DNA of 56,126 nucleotides from NCBI GenBank assembly GCA_905331295.1, contig CAJNYD010000551.1, forward strand, positions 124,001-180,126, read 5' to 3'. Origin of the DNA: Rotaria socialis (taxonomy: Eukaryota). How positions within the stretch are numbered: the first letter of the stretch is position 1; each line of letters opens with the position of its first letter. Positions 25,147-38,409 of this stretch are shown here, piece after piece. A model generated the notes under the pieces. That model searched no databases. It worked only from the letters and a program-made list of their open reading frames with translations, and was not told the origin of the DNA. The translations under genes were made by a program, and so were the position numbers.

Positions 25147-28100
25147 TTACAGAGATTCGAGAATAAGTTGCTCCTGAGGATACAATTTTAATTGTTCAAA
25201 CGTATCTGATGCATTCAGCGATGCTAGCTAAAGAGAAACAAAATAAAGAAAGATGATATGAAATGAAGCACAAATCAAGAAATCACATACATCTCGTTTA
25301 GGATAAGTTGTCAAAAGTTTGTACTCGCCAAGCATACGTTCGTGAGTTGTAAGGTAATCGAATAACACCTAAGTCGTAAGAAGAAAAACAAAATTAATTA
25401 CATATGCATTACAAGGCAATCGGAAATTTTCCAAAAAATGAATCGAGAAGTATTAGAGTTTGGATATTCGGACACTTCCATGCGGACTAATCGCACTTGT
25501 ATCGGTTATCCAATACTGATTTGTGATAGTTTTATGTTATCGCCATTGTGTAACTCACTATGTACGGTCAGATACAAGTCTCTCACAAATAGATCAGATG
25601 TGAATTGCTCACTAATAAAATAATTTGATTTAACTTCTTCTTCAAACTAGCGAAGAATCGCTCAACGTAAATGTCAAGAGTAACGAGCTCACGGTATTCA
25701 AAAGTTAGAAATGTTTTTTTTCTGAAGAGATTCTCTTCTTTTCTATTATTGAAAAACATACTTGAAGATTATCGTTGATATGAAAACGTCTCATAAGTAC
25801 ACCTTCATCATTCGGTAGACGAATTTTCAATCGAATAATATTTTTTTCTGTTTCACTTGGTTCTTCTGGTAGACGAGCTTTAGATTCTTCTTGTTGTTGC
25901 TATAATAATAATAACAATGAAAGAATCAAATATTGTTTTCTACAACCATCAAATAACACATACCAATCTCTGTTGTTTTAAACGTTCGCTGGCATCGTAT
26001 TCTTCTTGTCGCGCTCGTTCTTTAGCTAGATCTGCTTGTAGAGATTGTTCATATTCATCTTCTTGTTGTTTTTTTAGATTTTCACGTTTTTCTCTCATTA
26101 TTTCTTCATCAACATCACGTAATCGTTGTTCTTCAAATGATTCATGTGATTGAATGAGATTAAGTAAAACTTCACTTGGTGTACTTTTTCCTTCGATTAT
26201 ATTTACTAACTCTAGTGACCCACGAGATCGTACAACAATAAGTATCAATGGAAATGTATCATTTTCTATTGAACCTACACGATGAACACATTGATTGCCA
26301 ACACATCGGCGAACTGTTTCAAATAATCTAAAGTAATTCTGGATGAATATGGAATTTGTAACGACATGTTTTAAGCTGTTACCGTGTTCGATTACTAGCC
26401 GATGTTACATCCCAAGCCCAAAAAACATAGTTATTTGCTAAATATTCAACAATTGAATCAGTAGCTAAGACTTGAGAGCAAAATACATTGGCACAGACCG
26501 ATTGATCATTGTGAAGATAGATGGCTAATGGGCGTCGCTATCAATAGATAAAAATGTCAATTTTGTTTTTTTTAAACAGAATTTCTTATGCTTATATTTA
26601 CATTATGTATTGATGCATAAACTGAATCTTGTATTGCTTGATCTAAGGGGCCAATGTAGAGAATGGGACCTGTTGAGCCATAGCGTGCATGAAAAACACG
26701 AGCGAAATTTTCCAGTGCAGATACATCATCTGTACACTCATCAGGAACTATGTTAGAGAAAAAAAGAATATCATCAGTAATTATTTATTAATATTGTAAA
26801 GTAGGATTATAAGTAAAATTTCGATTGTGAGAAGTATAGATGATATGAAAATCTTTTCAAACGATAAATTATCAATACGGATTAATCTTATTTCGTTAGG
26901 TAGACACATGAGCTAATTCTTTAACGCATTTTTTAATAAAATACTTTGGTTTCATATCAAAAAATTTTCAGCATGGTTGTGAATCAGACCGCTACGTTCA
27001 TAGCAAAGGACTAATCTTCAGGTTACTTACGAGGGAACATTCTCAAGTGATTCGCACCAATTCGATTCATCTTTTGCTGGCTTGTAGGGCCGGTCGTATA
27101 TATGAAATACCTGAAAGGGTTCGTGCCATTGCAGCTCGGTTTCAAAGTTGTGAGCGGAACATGTGTTAGAATAGATGGTGCCACCTTCTATGTGCTATTT
27201 TTTTCTTCTTTTCATATCTCAACTAGAGGATGATTTTCCCCATAGATGTATATAATACAAACATGTCTCAACTTGCTTGAACGAAAAAAGTTTCGAGAAG
27301 TATGTTTGAGCTACCTGGTCGGAAGAACGAAACATTAATGAATAGATAGTAGCACCATCAATCAAAGCAGCTGTTTCGCTCATAACTTTGAAACCGAGCA
27401 GCAATGGCACGAACCCTGTCACATATATGATGAGCCCTACAAACCAGCAAAAGATGAATCGAAATCGTGCGAATCACTTGGGAACGTTCCCTCGTTAGTA
27501 TGAGCCGTCATTCTTAAACATTATTAATAATCTTGCGAAATTAAACTTTGACTGATAAAAATGTATTCTTTTTTTTTCCATTATCAATATAACCCTTACC
27601 AAGTTTAAATTACACAATAGCAGAGATGCTGCATGAACGTTTATCTCATTCTTTCATTCTATTTTCTATGTTGAGTACGATTAAAACTTACTAAGTGGAA
27701 CTCGACTTGCTATTGTCGTTGCATCAAATTGTGGGCTAGTTTCATTTTGAGACAAAGCATGATTATCATCTTCATATGTTTCTAAACTACTATCATGATC
27801 AATATCCATTCGTTCATCGTCGTTTGTTGTTACTGAATACTATTTAGAAACAATGAAATTATTTAAAAATCAAAGACAATACGATTCTACTTACTTTGAT
27901 CTCTTTTCTTATTGATGGTAGTTGTCTGTCTGAACGATGAAGAATTAAAGGTATTTGAGAGGTAATAGATGTTTGACTTAATTCATCCTATAATCAAAAA
28001 ACATCGTATAGAATAAGTATCTACTTTTCTCAGTTGAAAAGTACCGAGTCTTTTGCACCTAGTAAACCTTGCCAACTTTGATTTTGTAGTGGTATGTGAG

Positions 28101-29422
28101 CTGAATGTTCAATTTTCTTTTTCAGCTAAATGAAAGCAAAAAATTTTATAGGTATTTTTATTTTGAATTATAATTAAAACTAACGTCATTAATGGTTGTA
28201 TTTGATTGTAAAGTAAGTTTAAATGGTATCATGTTGCCTGATTGATCTTCGCATAGCACTGTTATTGGAAATTCCTCTGAACTTGTATGAGTTTGAGTTC
28301 GACTAGAATAAGTGAAGTTTTCAATTTTTATTTAACTAGAAAGTGAATTTTTTACGATGCAGATCCATTTTCTATTGACGAAAGTTGTATTTTATTTTCT
28401 TTTGGTAAATGAAGGTCTCTTAAAATTGTCTAAGAAAGTAAATTTTAGTACAAGAATAATCTACGAAGTAAAATTTTCTTACGTGATCATCAAAACTTTT
28501 CGTTTCCCAATTGAGAAAATTTTGTTTGTTTGGTGGGATAGGAATTTTTTCACATATTTTTGCTTTTAATTGATCTTTCATACAAAATAGAAATATGATT
28601 TTAAGAAAACAAATTTAAACATTAGAAATAGACATACAAACGCTTTCATTATCAAACATAGTTATTTGCTCTGTCCGATCACGACATTCAATTGTAAAAT
28701 TTAAATCACGAACTACTAAATAGAAGAAATTACATGAAATTATTCCGGAATTCAATTGCGTCCAATTGAACATTATTAACATTCACTATACGATCAAATC
28801 GAATTTTCTTTTCTTGTCAGACGCTAGTCTTATTTTGCATGTTGCACATCTGTTTGGACTATCATTACAAATCGCGTTCGATTTGAATTAGGAAATGCGA
28901 ATAGCATTTAAGTTAAAGCAGCTGAGGCTTATGAAATCTTTATCGATAAGATACTATGAACTGACTAACCTGGTCCGATAATCCCTGTAGTCGTTCGTTG
29001 ACTACCAGGTATAGTTTTGATAATTCTTGGTTGATCTAAATCATCAATGTCATTTGAATCTGATTGTCGTTTATTATTAACATTTTGATTCGTTGTATTT
29101 ATTGCTACTGATGATGTACTATTATTAACTGTGTCTTGATTTGGTACTGTTGTTTCATTATCATTCGCACATCCGATTCTGTCAAGAACAGATTGAACAG
29201 CAGCCTATTATTAACATATATTTAGTATGCAATAGAGAATTAGTATTTTTATTTACCGGTAAAATCCATTCATATTGTTCTAGAACGTGAATACATTCGT
29301 CTATATGTTCTAAACCTGTGCAACTCTATAGGAAAAAACAAATGACGTCGATATGAAAATGTTTAGATTTTAAGTTTTACTTGAAAGTCCGATAAGATCT
29401 GTTCACGTGATTGGTCGCTCAT
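25147..29422 (-). CDS. FAF1: FAS-associated factor 1 / Caspar-like p97 cofactor (UBA-UBL-UAS-coiled coil-UBX), multi-exon
   Basis: UBA start MSDQSREQILSDFQ|SCTGLEHIDECIHVLEQYEW; UAS RPLAIYLHNDQSVCANVFCSQVL...WAWDVT; QQEDEYEQSLQADLAKE; UBX end TTYPKRD...LKLYPQEQLILESL*. Confidence 0.9.
27026..27498. mobile_element. Mariner-type MITE within a FAF1 intron
   Basis: Inverted arms of about 130 bp, starting ACGAGGGAACATTCTCAAGTGATTCGCAC and ending GTGCGAATCACTTGGGAACGTTCCCTCGT; TA on both outer sides. Confidence 0.8.
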
Positions 29423-31653
29423 ATTAAATAATAAATCTACAATAAATTAATTTTCGTAGAAAATATCAAAAGGTCATCGTTAAATAAAAAGATTTCGTTA
29501 ATGTGTTTTTCCCTCTCTCATGCTCACTAACAGCCGATTTATTATAAATAATGTTGACACATCTTTTATATTATCCCCGATTTCTATGAAAACATATCCA
29601 TAGAAGTATTGTTATGGGCGAAAAAGTTCAATGATCATTGCGATAGATGATAAAAAGCATGGGTTCGTAGGAATAGCATTCATAGTATGTCGGTTAATCA
29701 GTTCCTATAAAACATTATCAATGATGAAAAATATTTTTATAATAGAAAAAATTTACTTTATTCTACTTCATTGAATGAACATAAACCAACATTTATTCGG
29801 ATTGTCTATTTTGAAAGCGAAAACAAAAAATATTAGTCAACCTTTGCAAGTTTTATAATAATCATTTTATCCAGCGGAAACTTCACAGTCGTCATAAAGA
29901 GTTTCATTATACTCGTGATCAAATGTACACCATATAATAACATCGGAAAAAAGTAGTTTGAGCATTAAAAATAAACCAAAACTTACGCGCGTTCTAGGTT
30001 TCTAAGAACTCGAGGATGTTGTTTTTTTTTGAAAAAAACATCGTACTTAGAGAGAAAACAAGATTTGTTCGTACGGTAAAAATCAGCGAGAGGACGCATG
30101 AAAATTTATACTTGACTTGGTCCTATCTCGCTTAAGTATTGTTTTATTTTCATTTAGATTTGTTTGATAAAAATTAATTTCTTTTTTCAGCCACGCCCAC
30201 CGGTCTATGTAACATGCGTCTTATTGTTAGTAACACGAGAGAGAATTTTTATTATCTTTAACGATTAGGTCAATATTAAAATGATTCTTTCTTAGCATTC
30301 ATATAATAATTCATCTGCTTGGATTTTTCATTTTTTTGCTTTTGGCAAGAATTCTTATGATACATATTTACCATTCAAAACTTTTCCTTTCATATTCGTT
30401 GCGGGTTTTTGTCGGAAGTGAAACAAAGAGTTGCCAATGAATAAGTCAGATTTTTTTCTTGCTCTGTTTTTTCTTTTATTTACTCAGAACAATAAATGGA
30501 TTTTACGCTAAATTATGTTCTATCAAATTTCAAAGTTGATACCACTGGAACACATAAACACTTGAAAAAAAATTCTTTATTTAAAATAGATTACTCGTTA
30601 GTGTTGCAAAATTTTATTTCTAAAAATATCTATTTAATTTTTCATAATCTGGATTTAATTCAAATAAGATTATAGAAATTTTAGACACAGTTTTTTCGAC
30701 TTTTTCTATTTTTGGGAACAGAAGACGCTCGCATTTTGCTACAAAAGTAATAGGTAAAAAATATGATTTATATCTTCTGATAAATGTTTGTTTTTATTAC
30801 CCATTAAAAAAGGTGCATATATATATATATATATTACTTAATCACAACATGCATATTAGTGGATGAGAGAAAAATTAATATGCAACATAAAAACAGTTTT
30901 ATCTTTGAGCTGCTGATTTATTCAAATTAAATTAGACTGAAGTAACGAGAGGACAGTTGGGCGGATATTATCGAATTTCGATCGAAGAAAGTAAGTAGAA
31001 CATTCGTCTTACTTTTGTTCAGTTGATCACAATATTATATTCCATGTCCAAAGAGCATAATTATTAACAAACATTCAATAATTTCATTATGGAAAAAACC
31101 TTTTATCATTATTCACCTAGATAAGAAATGGTAGTTGATAGAAAGCACAAAATAAACGAACTGAAATAGACAACAGAAGAAAAAAGAAAATAATCTTCAA
31201 GCACTGTTAAGCATACCCGTGACAGCGAGTGGACGTGAATTATATTGGCATGATGTTCAATAGGGTTTATATTTCATTTCTACATTCATTACTCAGATCC
31301 TATCATCGTGTTCGATGTTCGATTTAATCTTAAATAAAAGATATAAGATAAATATATATGTTTTTACTAAAACAGAGCGATAGTTTCTCGTTCTAATCAC
31401 CTTTTCTTTGTTGATTACTTTTTATTCTGGTACATAAAAAATTAAAAGTTCTGACACACCAACAAACAAAAACTTACAGCTATTTTAACAAAATTGTTTT
31501 CATCTATCATTATTGTTGGATTTAGAGAAGAAAAACTGACTTATCACAAGACAGACGTGTGTGTATATTATAGTTTTTAAATTCTATGAATGTATGAAAA
31601 AAGAAAAGCAACATTTTTAAAATGCATAACAATCATACATCATCGTTTAGTTC

Positions 31654-32396
31654 TTATTCGAAGACGACCACAAGTTGTTCTTTATGAACAATTCTTATTT
31701 CATCGACTAATAATCTAGATAGTTCACCGGCTGTATGCGCAACATAGTGACACACTTCAGACGATACGGGCCGCCCAGAAAGCAACGATGGAAGATTATT
31801 TAAACCAGCATCTGGTATAGCTAAGAGTTTTGGTGATGACAAAGATTTAATTAATAATTGTTTTAATGAATCATTTTTTGAATTGACTTCGTATGCATTT
31901 GCATTTCTTTGACGAATATTAGATCCACCACCACCGGTAACATCAATTAATTTGGAAAACATACCTTCAACAATACGTGCCATTTCGTTATGAGCATTTT
32001 GACTGTCTAAGAAGAAAAAACAGCCAAAAAATTTAATGCTAAATTCTTTTTTCCCGAATATTCTCACCTGTTCTAGTTTCTACTCTGCCTTGATCAGTTA
32101 CAGGTTGTTCTGGAGGTGGAATTACTGATAAAAATTCACTATTTAGTGGTGAACTGAGAGTCACTGGTGTCGTTGGCGGGCAATTATGATTACCTGATTT
32201 ACTTAGTAGTCTATTTAAAAAGGAAATAGAACTTTATTTATTTAAAACACATAAAAACATACGGTGTTCGTTCGCTGCCTTTGGGTGCAGATACAGAAGT
32301 TTGTTGCGGATTCTGTATCTCTGATGTATCATTAAGGCTACCATTCGATTGTGATTGATCTTCGTTTTTAACACACCATGAACATATATTACCCAT
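31654..32396 (-). CDS. LAMTOR1: Ragulator subunit p18, 3 exons
   Basis: Myristoylation/palmitoylation-type start MGNICSWC; dileucine SERTP|LL; KLIDV; C-terminus IRIVHKEQLVVVFE matches the conserved IRVDAKEELVVQF end. Confidence 0.85.
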
Positions 32397-33523
32397 TTTT
32401 TAAATGAAAGATAATATAACTAAAAACAAAAGTGTATAATAGAAAAATTCGACTCTCGAAGAAAAAAAAACAGCTGTGATAAAGCAACGATATGAGTAAT
32501 ACTCTGTATGGCTATTTTTTCCGCGTGATAACACTCCGAAGTTACAAAGATGTCGGTAGATATCGAAAAGAATTTCATTGAAAAATAAAATAATTGAGAT
32601 CAAACTCAATAAAAAAATATAGAAGATTTATCAGTGAGTAATCTCTAAATTTCAATGGCAACGCTCGTAAATTTATTCTAGTACCGATCGGCCACGCCCT
32701 CTTCGGCTAAGTGATCTAAAACTCTGAGATATCGCACATCAGACGGTAGGCGATGTCGAGGTCTTGTTTATCTAGAAAAGTTATGAATGGCTCAAATGGA
32801 TGCTTTTTCACTGCTCAAAAGCTCTTGCCTTGCAATACCACAAGATGTGCAGTAATGTTTTTTTAATGTCATGTCTTTTGCAGAACGTGCGTGAAAGTAT
32901 TGAAGCGCTAAGCTGCCGTATGGGTGAATATATATATATATATAAATATTAGAAAAGAAGAGCATCTACTTACTGTTCATTAAACAATAATTATATCTAG
33001 CCGCATGATGAATTCTTCTGCAAAAGAGTATTAAATTATGTATCTCTCGAATAATTCATGAATTAAATTGATATAAGAAAATAATGAAGAAGATTTCAGA
33101 TAGGGAATTTAGATCATAGATCAGAAAAATATTTTGTAAACTGAAATAAAAAAACTTGATATATTCAAGATTTTGTCAGGTGTGGTATTTCGCCAGTGAA
33201 TTGATATTTTATCAAGAAATTATTTTTTTTTACATGAAGTGGATTATTATAATTATGTTCGCTCGTATCTGTGCACTTTATAAAACATAAGGTCATATTG
33301 TTTTCAAATAGTTGAAGTGTACCCAATGATTCAGATTAAAAAGGACTAGCTTTTCATTCATAGTTTTCTCATAAAACAAGAAAATTCTGTGCAAGAAATG
33401 TTTTGGGCAAAAATTCATTCTGTTAGATTTATTGAAATAAAAGAAGAAGAAAACGGATATTAAAGAAATAAACAAAAGCTATTTTAATTGTTCTCATGAT
33501 TTTGAACCAGTAGAGTTTGCCGG

Positions 33524-33646
33524 TTAATCTCGTGGACATTGACATCGTTCTGTGACTGGAACATCTTTTAATGTTTGTTCAATATGTTGACCACAGCCTC
33601 GCCATGTTGGCTTGCCACATTTGTCACAAGTAACTTTCATGCACAT
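33524..33646 (-). CDS. 40-aa Cys/His-rich putative zinc-binding microprotein, below the ORF-track cutoff
   Basis: MCMKVTCDKCGKPTWRGCGQHIEQTLKDVPVTERCQCPRD*; fits the CxxCGKxTWxGCGxH...VP...RCxC small-protein pattern; a TATAAATA lies upstream on the minus strand near 33727-33734. Confidence 0.85.
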   Translation of the reverse strand: MCMKVTCDKCGKPTWRGCGQHIEQTLKDVPVTERCQCPRD

Positions 33647-34576
33647 TGCTCAAGCGGTATAAAATAATAGTAAAAAAAAATATATATTGGTGTTTTTTTT
33701 GTCGTAGCATACTCCACTATATTCTCTATTTATATACATTGCTACAAAAAGAAGAATAAAAGAAAAAAGAGAATGCCGGCACCCCCCTTTTTTCTCTCGC
33801 TTTATCGACATGAGTAACAAGAGACGGGCGAAAGGAAAGCCTTCGATGTATGTCAGAAGAAGATGCGATGCAGTCGGAAGAAAAAGAAAAATTTGCTCTT
33901 GCAGCACACATAATGGCATAATAGATTTTTAGGCAACACCTTATGAGAAATAGTTAGCTGATGAAATCTTAGATTTTATTGAAATTTTTCAGACTTTGAA
34001 CCGGATACTCTTGAAGGATAATCATGTAAAAAAAAGAACGAAGGAAAAATATTTCAGTGATTCTATAAAATTATGAATAGAGGCATTAGACCAAAGAAAA
34101 TTGATTAAATTCATTCAAAACTTATCATAGTAATTCTAATACGTGACGTTTGACACACAGAAAACAAAAATATAGTTTTATGAAGGCCAGTGGTTATGTT
34201 GAAATATTTATAATATTGCTCTAGACGTAAAAATTGCCAATTCTGTTTCCTTGTAACATGCCATGCTATATTAGATTCGAAGTGTTGGCTGTAACATCTA
34301 CATGATCATTTTTAATTAAGAATTTTCTTAGTCAAAATAAGCTGTTGCTTATCTACCATTGGTTCCTTTATGATTGCCGTGACAACTATTAGAAACTCGC
34401 AAAACATGTTTTCAAAGACAATTTTTGACAACTTCGTTTTTACTAGAGAAATTTAATCAGTTAGTTAGTTAAATGAAATATCGAACAATTAAACAAAGCA
34501 CTTATTATTTATCAATTGGAAAAAAAAGAAAAATATAAGAAAAAATGAATTGTACAATATATCAATAAGCTGCTCA

Positions 34577-35359
34577 TCAGAACCAATCAAGATCTGGTAT
34601 ATCAGCAAACGAGAAATCTCGGTCTCCCTTCCAAGCCCAATAAGCAATACGTAAATGATAAAAACCAGGCAGAAAAACTAATGTTCCAATAAGTATTAAT
34701 GGCCACGTACGATCACTATACTACAATACCATAAAATAGAAAACAATTAAGTATAAAGTCATATCGAAAAGAAAATTACAAACTTGTGTTTCTATGCGAC
34801 CAGTTAACATTAACGCCCCTAAGGTAATCATCACAGAACCGATAAGAAAGAGCACAACAGCTAGAACAATAGCAAAAATAGGTACTTTGACCTGTGGCTC
34901 TTGAAACTAAAACGAAATAAAAGTTTGAAAGTTTCTTTTCTTATTATATTTCATAATAATAAATATGAATCTAACTTGTAAATCAGAATATTGCTTTTCT
35001 TCTTCTAGGCGATGATACGGTGAGGGTTTGTCATCTTCAGTTTTTGACTTGAAGATATTTCTAAAGAATAATATATATATATGTATAAATATAATTTCGA
35101 ATAAATGCAAAGATAAGTCGCAGGCATCAATACGATTCACGATAGGCAACTCAAGAATAGAAGTTCTGAATACGCATTGTATTAGCCTTACCTGACTGGA
35201 CTTCTGAAGCGCTAAAAGACAAAAATAGAATCATTGTTTAATTACAATAACAATTGAAGATACAGGAGGAAAAAACTAGAAAAAAAGAATCGTTTTTATT
35301 TTAAAGTTAAAGTAGCGTAAACGAGCAACTTCGAAAGGATACCTTTAAAAATATAACAT
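34577..35359 (-). CDS. TMEM230: Transmembrane protein 230; 5' end inferred and needs a 1-nt homopolymer correction
   Basis: [38 protein letters not shown]...|[43 protein letters not shown]. The ATG at 35359 joins in frame only if one base is added to the run at 35347-35351. Confidence 0.88.
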
Positions 35360-35451
35360 TATTATTATTGTTGTTTTTTATGCACTATTTTCCTATAATA
35401 TCCACCATCTGCTAGAAACTAATGAGTTTTAAAAGAACAAGAGCTCACTTA

Positions 35452-36900
35452 CTATACTTATATTCGAGTACAGGGACAAAAATATGACATAAACTTCGAT
35501 AATATTTGTTCAAATAGTACTTCTTAAAAGTGTTTCGAATGCTGAGTCTTTTGCTCCATTATCTTCTTTGATTCAGTTTAAGCATACTACCGAATATGTA
35601 TCTAATGATTAGAAAGAGAGTTATTTGCATTTAAGTCAACTGAATCTCTTAATCAATAAAGTTGACAGCGAAAATATTGTATTTCATTAATTATTCACTC
35701 AAATATTACGCATGACATTGAATAAAAAATGCTTTCCGGTATTTCACTAATACTTCCATCAATGTTGATTACCTGGATGAATTGGGACTGTTTTACCGAT
35801 CGATTTCTCGTTGAATCAATAGTGAATTCACATCAAAAAAGCTCTACAGTCAAACAGCCAACGTTACAGAATATAAAAGAAACTTACATAATGTATTTTT
35901 TAGTATTAGTCTGCCGTTTTCTTTTCTCTTAGCCGTTGGACATGTCAGATACAAATATAACTAATCATCTATTCAAAAGCTCTTAGAAAGCTCTTTATGA
36001 ATATTTAATCAAATTTCATCTTCATGGTTTGATTAGCGTACAGCCAGACTTTTGTCAATGTGAACATAACGAAAGTTTTCTGTGCGAATGTCGCACACTA
36101 AACTTTGATGCTACGATATTACATTAATTATGGGGAAAAGGTTTTGCTCGATTAATCTCCGCAACATCCCGGTATGAATTTTATGGTTCATAAGAAACAT
36201 GTAACACTCGTATAAAAATTTTAGTAAGAAAATAATATGGCATGCATGCATTGTTCTTGTTTCGCAAAACATAAGTCACCTTTATTCAAAAGAAGATGAG
36301 AATTGCTAAGCGCATGTCTAGTCAAAAAGAAAAGAAGAATAGCTATTGAAAACAAACACTGCTCCTACATCTGTTATTCGCACATTGTGCAGTGTTCAGG
36401 GTAGAATCTCTTTCGACTATTTATTTTGTATTTTATGGCAATATATTATTGGCGTTTCTTTTACAAAACTGAAAGGCAAATGTTTTAGTAAGAACTCTAA
36501 GGCAAAGATATAACTATTAATGAAGATAGTGATAAAATACTAAGAGGCCTACATTTTCTAGGGCACTCCTTATCTTGATGATTCGATTAATGTTTATGGC
36601 TATCAAAGAAAAAAAACGACAGAAAGTTTGATTTTGTCTCTTATTCATTCTTCGAAAACGCCAAGAACGCACCAATCAATTTAAAGGACGCTTCACTTTT
36701 AATTAAATCTACTTTTGATTCATACGATTCCAATTTTCTCAAATCTCACCGTTCTTTTCTTATCTTTGTTTACGGTTAACCCATCATCTTTCTTTTCACT
36801 CAATTCAATATTTGATGTTGTCACTGTTTCTGTTGTCTCGATATTTGTAGTCGCCATTGTAATAACCGTATTTACATTCACAAACAAAAAATATATAAAT
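35452..36900 (-). pseudogene. Chain of exon-like segments with canonical splice sites but many stops: decayed gene or spliced lncRNA
   Basis: Acceptor/donor-bounded blocks near 36900-36673, 36599-36553, 36317-36280, 35960-35888, 35843-35772 and 35601-35452. The first block reads MATTNIETTETVTTSNIELSEKKDDGLTVNKDKKRTVRF. Confidence 0.4.
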
Positions 36901-37294
36901 CTGAAACAAAAAAATTAAAATCGCAATATTTCTTTGTATAGGGAAGAAAAGATTATTCATTCTTCTGATTTCCCGAAATAAAACTACTGCACACACAATA
37001 ATAAAAGAAGAAACAATACGTTTCAAAGCAGAAGAAAATGAAAGTTGTGTGTTATCACATCACAACTATGAGACACATATTTGTTTGACTAGGAAACATC
37101 GAAGAAATAAAGCACAACACCACACACAAACAAAAATTTGTTTCTCGGAAACACACAACAAATATCTGACATCGAGGGAGAGAAGAAGGGATGAAAAGCA
37201 AGAAAAAAAACACGTCCGTTTCTGTATATGAATTAGATAAAGAGGAAAAAAATCGATTTTAAAAATATTGCTAAGCATGACTTGAATTTACGTT

Positions 37295-38409
37295 CTACAT
37301 GAGCGTACACATTCGTTTCCCGCTACGCTTTGCACTTTGACTTCGACCATCTTTTAATGAAAACTTATTTCCACTACCACCTGTGCCGTTACCACCGTTT
37401 TTATTCTTCCGACCTTTTCGATCCTTTCGTGTACGTTCCTTCTGAAACAAACAAGCAAACAAATCAAATTATTTCCTTTTACAATAGAAAACAAAAATCA
37501 ATTATTCTTTATTTACATATTTTCTTATTTCACGAACAAGTGTATAAAATGCTTCTTCAACACCTTGCCGAGTTTTAGCTGATGTTTGTACAAATGGCAT
37601 GGATAATGATGCAGCAAAATCTTTTGCATAGGATAAATCAATTGTTCGTGTTGGTAAATCAATTTTATTTCCCACCACTAAATATTTTTTATTTACGAAA
37701 TTCAAAAAAGACCGATAATTGAATTGTACTTACAAACCATAGGAATATCGTCAGCATCTTTTACACGTTTGATCTAAATGAATTATTTACAATTGAATTC
37801 ATGCGACAGAAAAAAACTACAGTAATGATTTTTACCTGTTCACGATATTGTTTTATTTCTTCAAATGATTTTGCACTATTAACAGCGAATACACATAGGA
37901 AACCTTCACCACCACGCATGTATTGATCACGCATAGCACTGAAATTTAAATATATTAATATTATAAAAATTTTACAATAAATATTGAAACCTGTATTCTT
38001 CTTGGCCAGCAGTATCCTATAAATACAAATAAATAAATTGAAATTGAAAACAAATATTTCAGCATACAAGAATATCTAGTAGACATGTTTCGCCATCGAC
38101 CACAGCTTGTTTTCGATATGAATCCTCTGAAGATATGAATATATAATTAAAACAAATATGACACTTAATATATATATATGTGTTATACCAATAGTTGGAT
38201 CGTATTCATCAATAAAACTACAAAATATAGGAAATAATCATTTTAATTTTTTTAGACAATATACATACTGATTTTGAATCAGCTGAATTGTCAATGCACT
38301 TTTGCCCACGCCGCCAGCTATAGTCAGAACAAAAAAAAATAAAAAATGAGCAGTTTGTTTTACTGTTTGTTTATTTACCACCGACGACGACGAGCTTATA
38401 TTCAGTCAT
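37295..38409 (-). CDS. RAS: Ras GTPase, KRAS4B-like, 9 exons
   Basis: [43 protein letters not shown]...[50 protein letters not shown]; polybasic tail; CAAX box CTLM*. Confidence 0.97.

Noticed and set aside
35452..36470. In-frame TAA/TAG read as Gln (ciliate-type code)
   Set aside because: Neighbouring genes end in TAA/TAG under the standard code, and such stops are expected in decayed AT-rich DNA.
31654..38409. LAMTOR1, TMEM230 and Ras as a functional signalling cluster
   Set aside because: No shared regulatory evidence in the sequence; adjacency of housekeeping genes in a compact genome is expected by chance.
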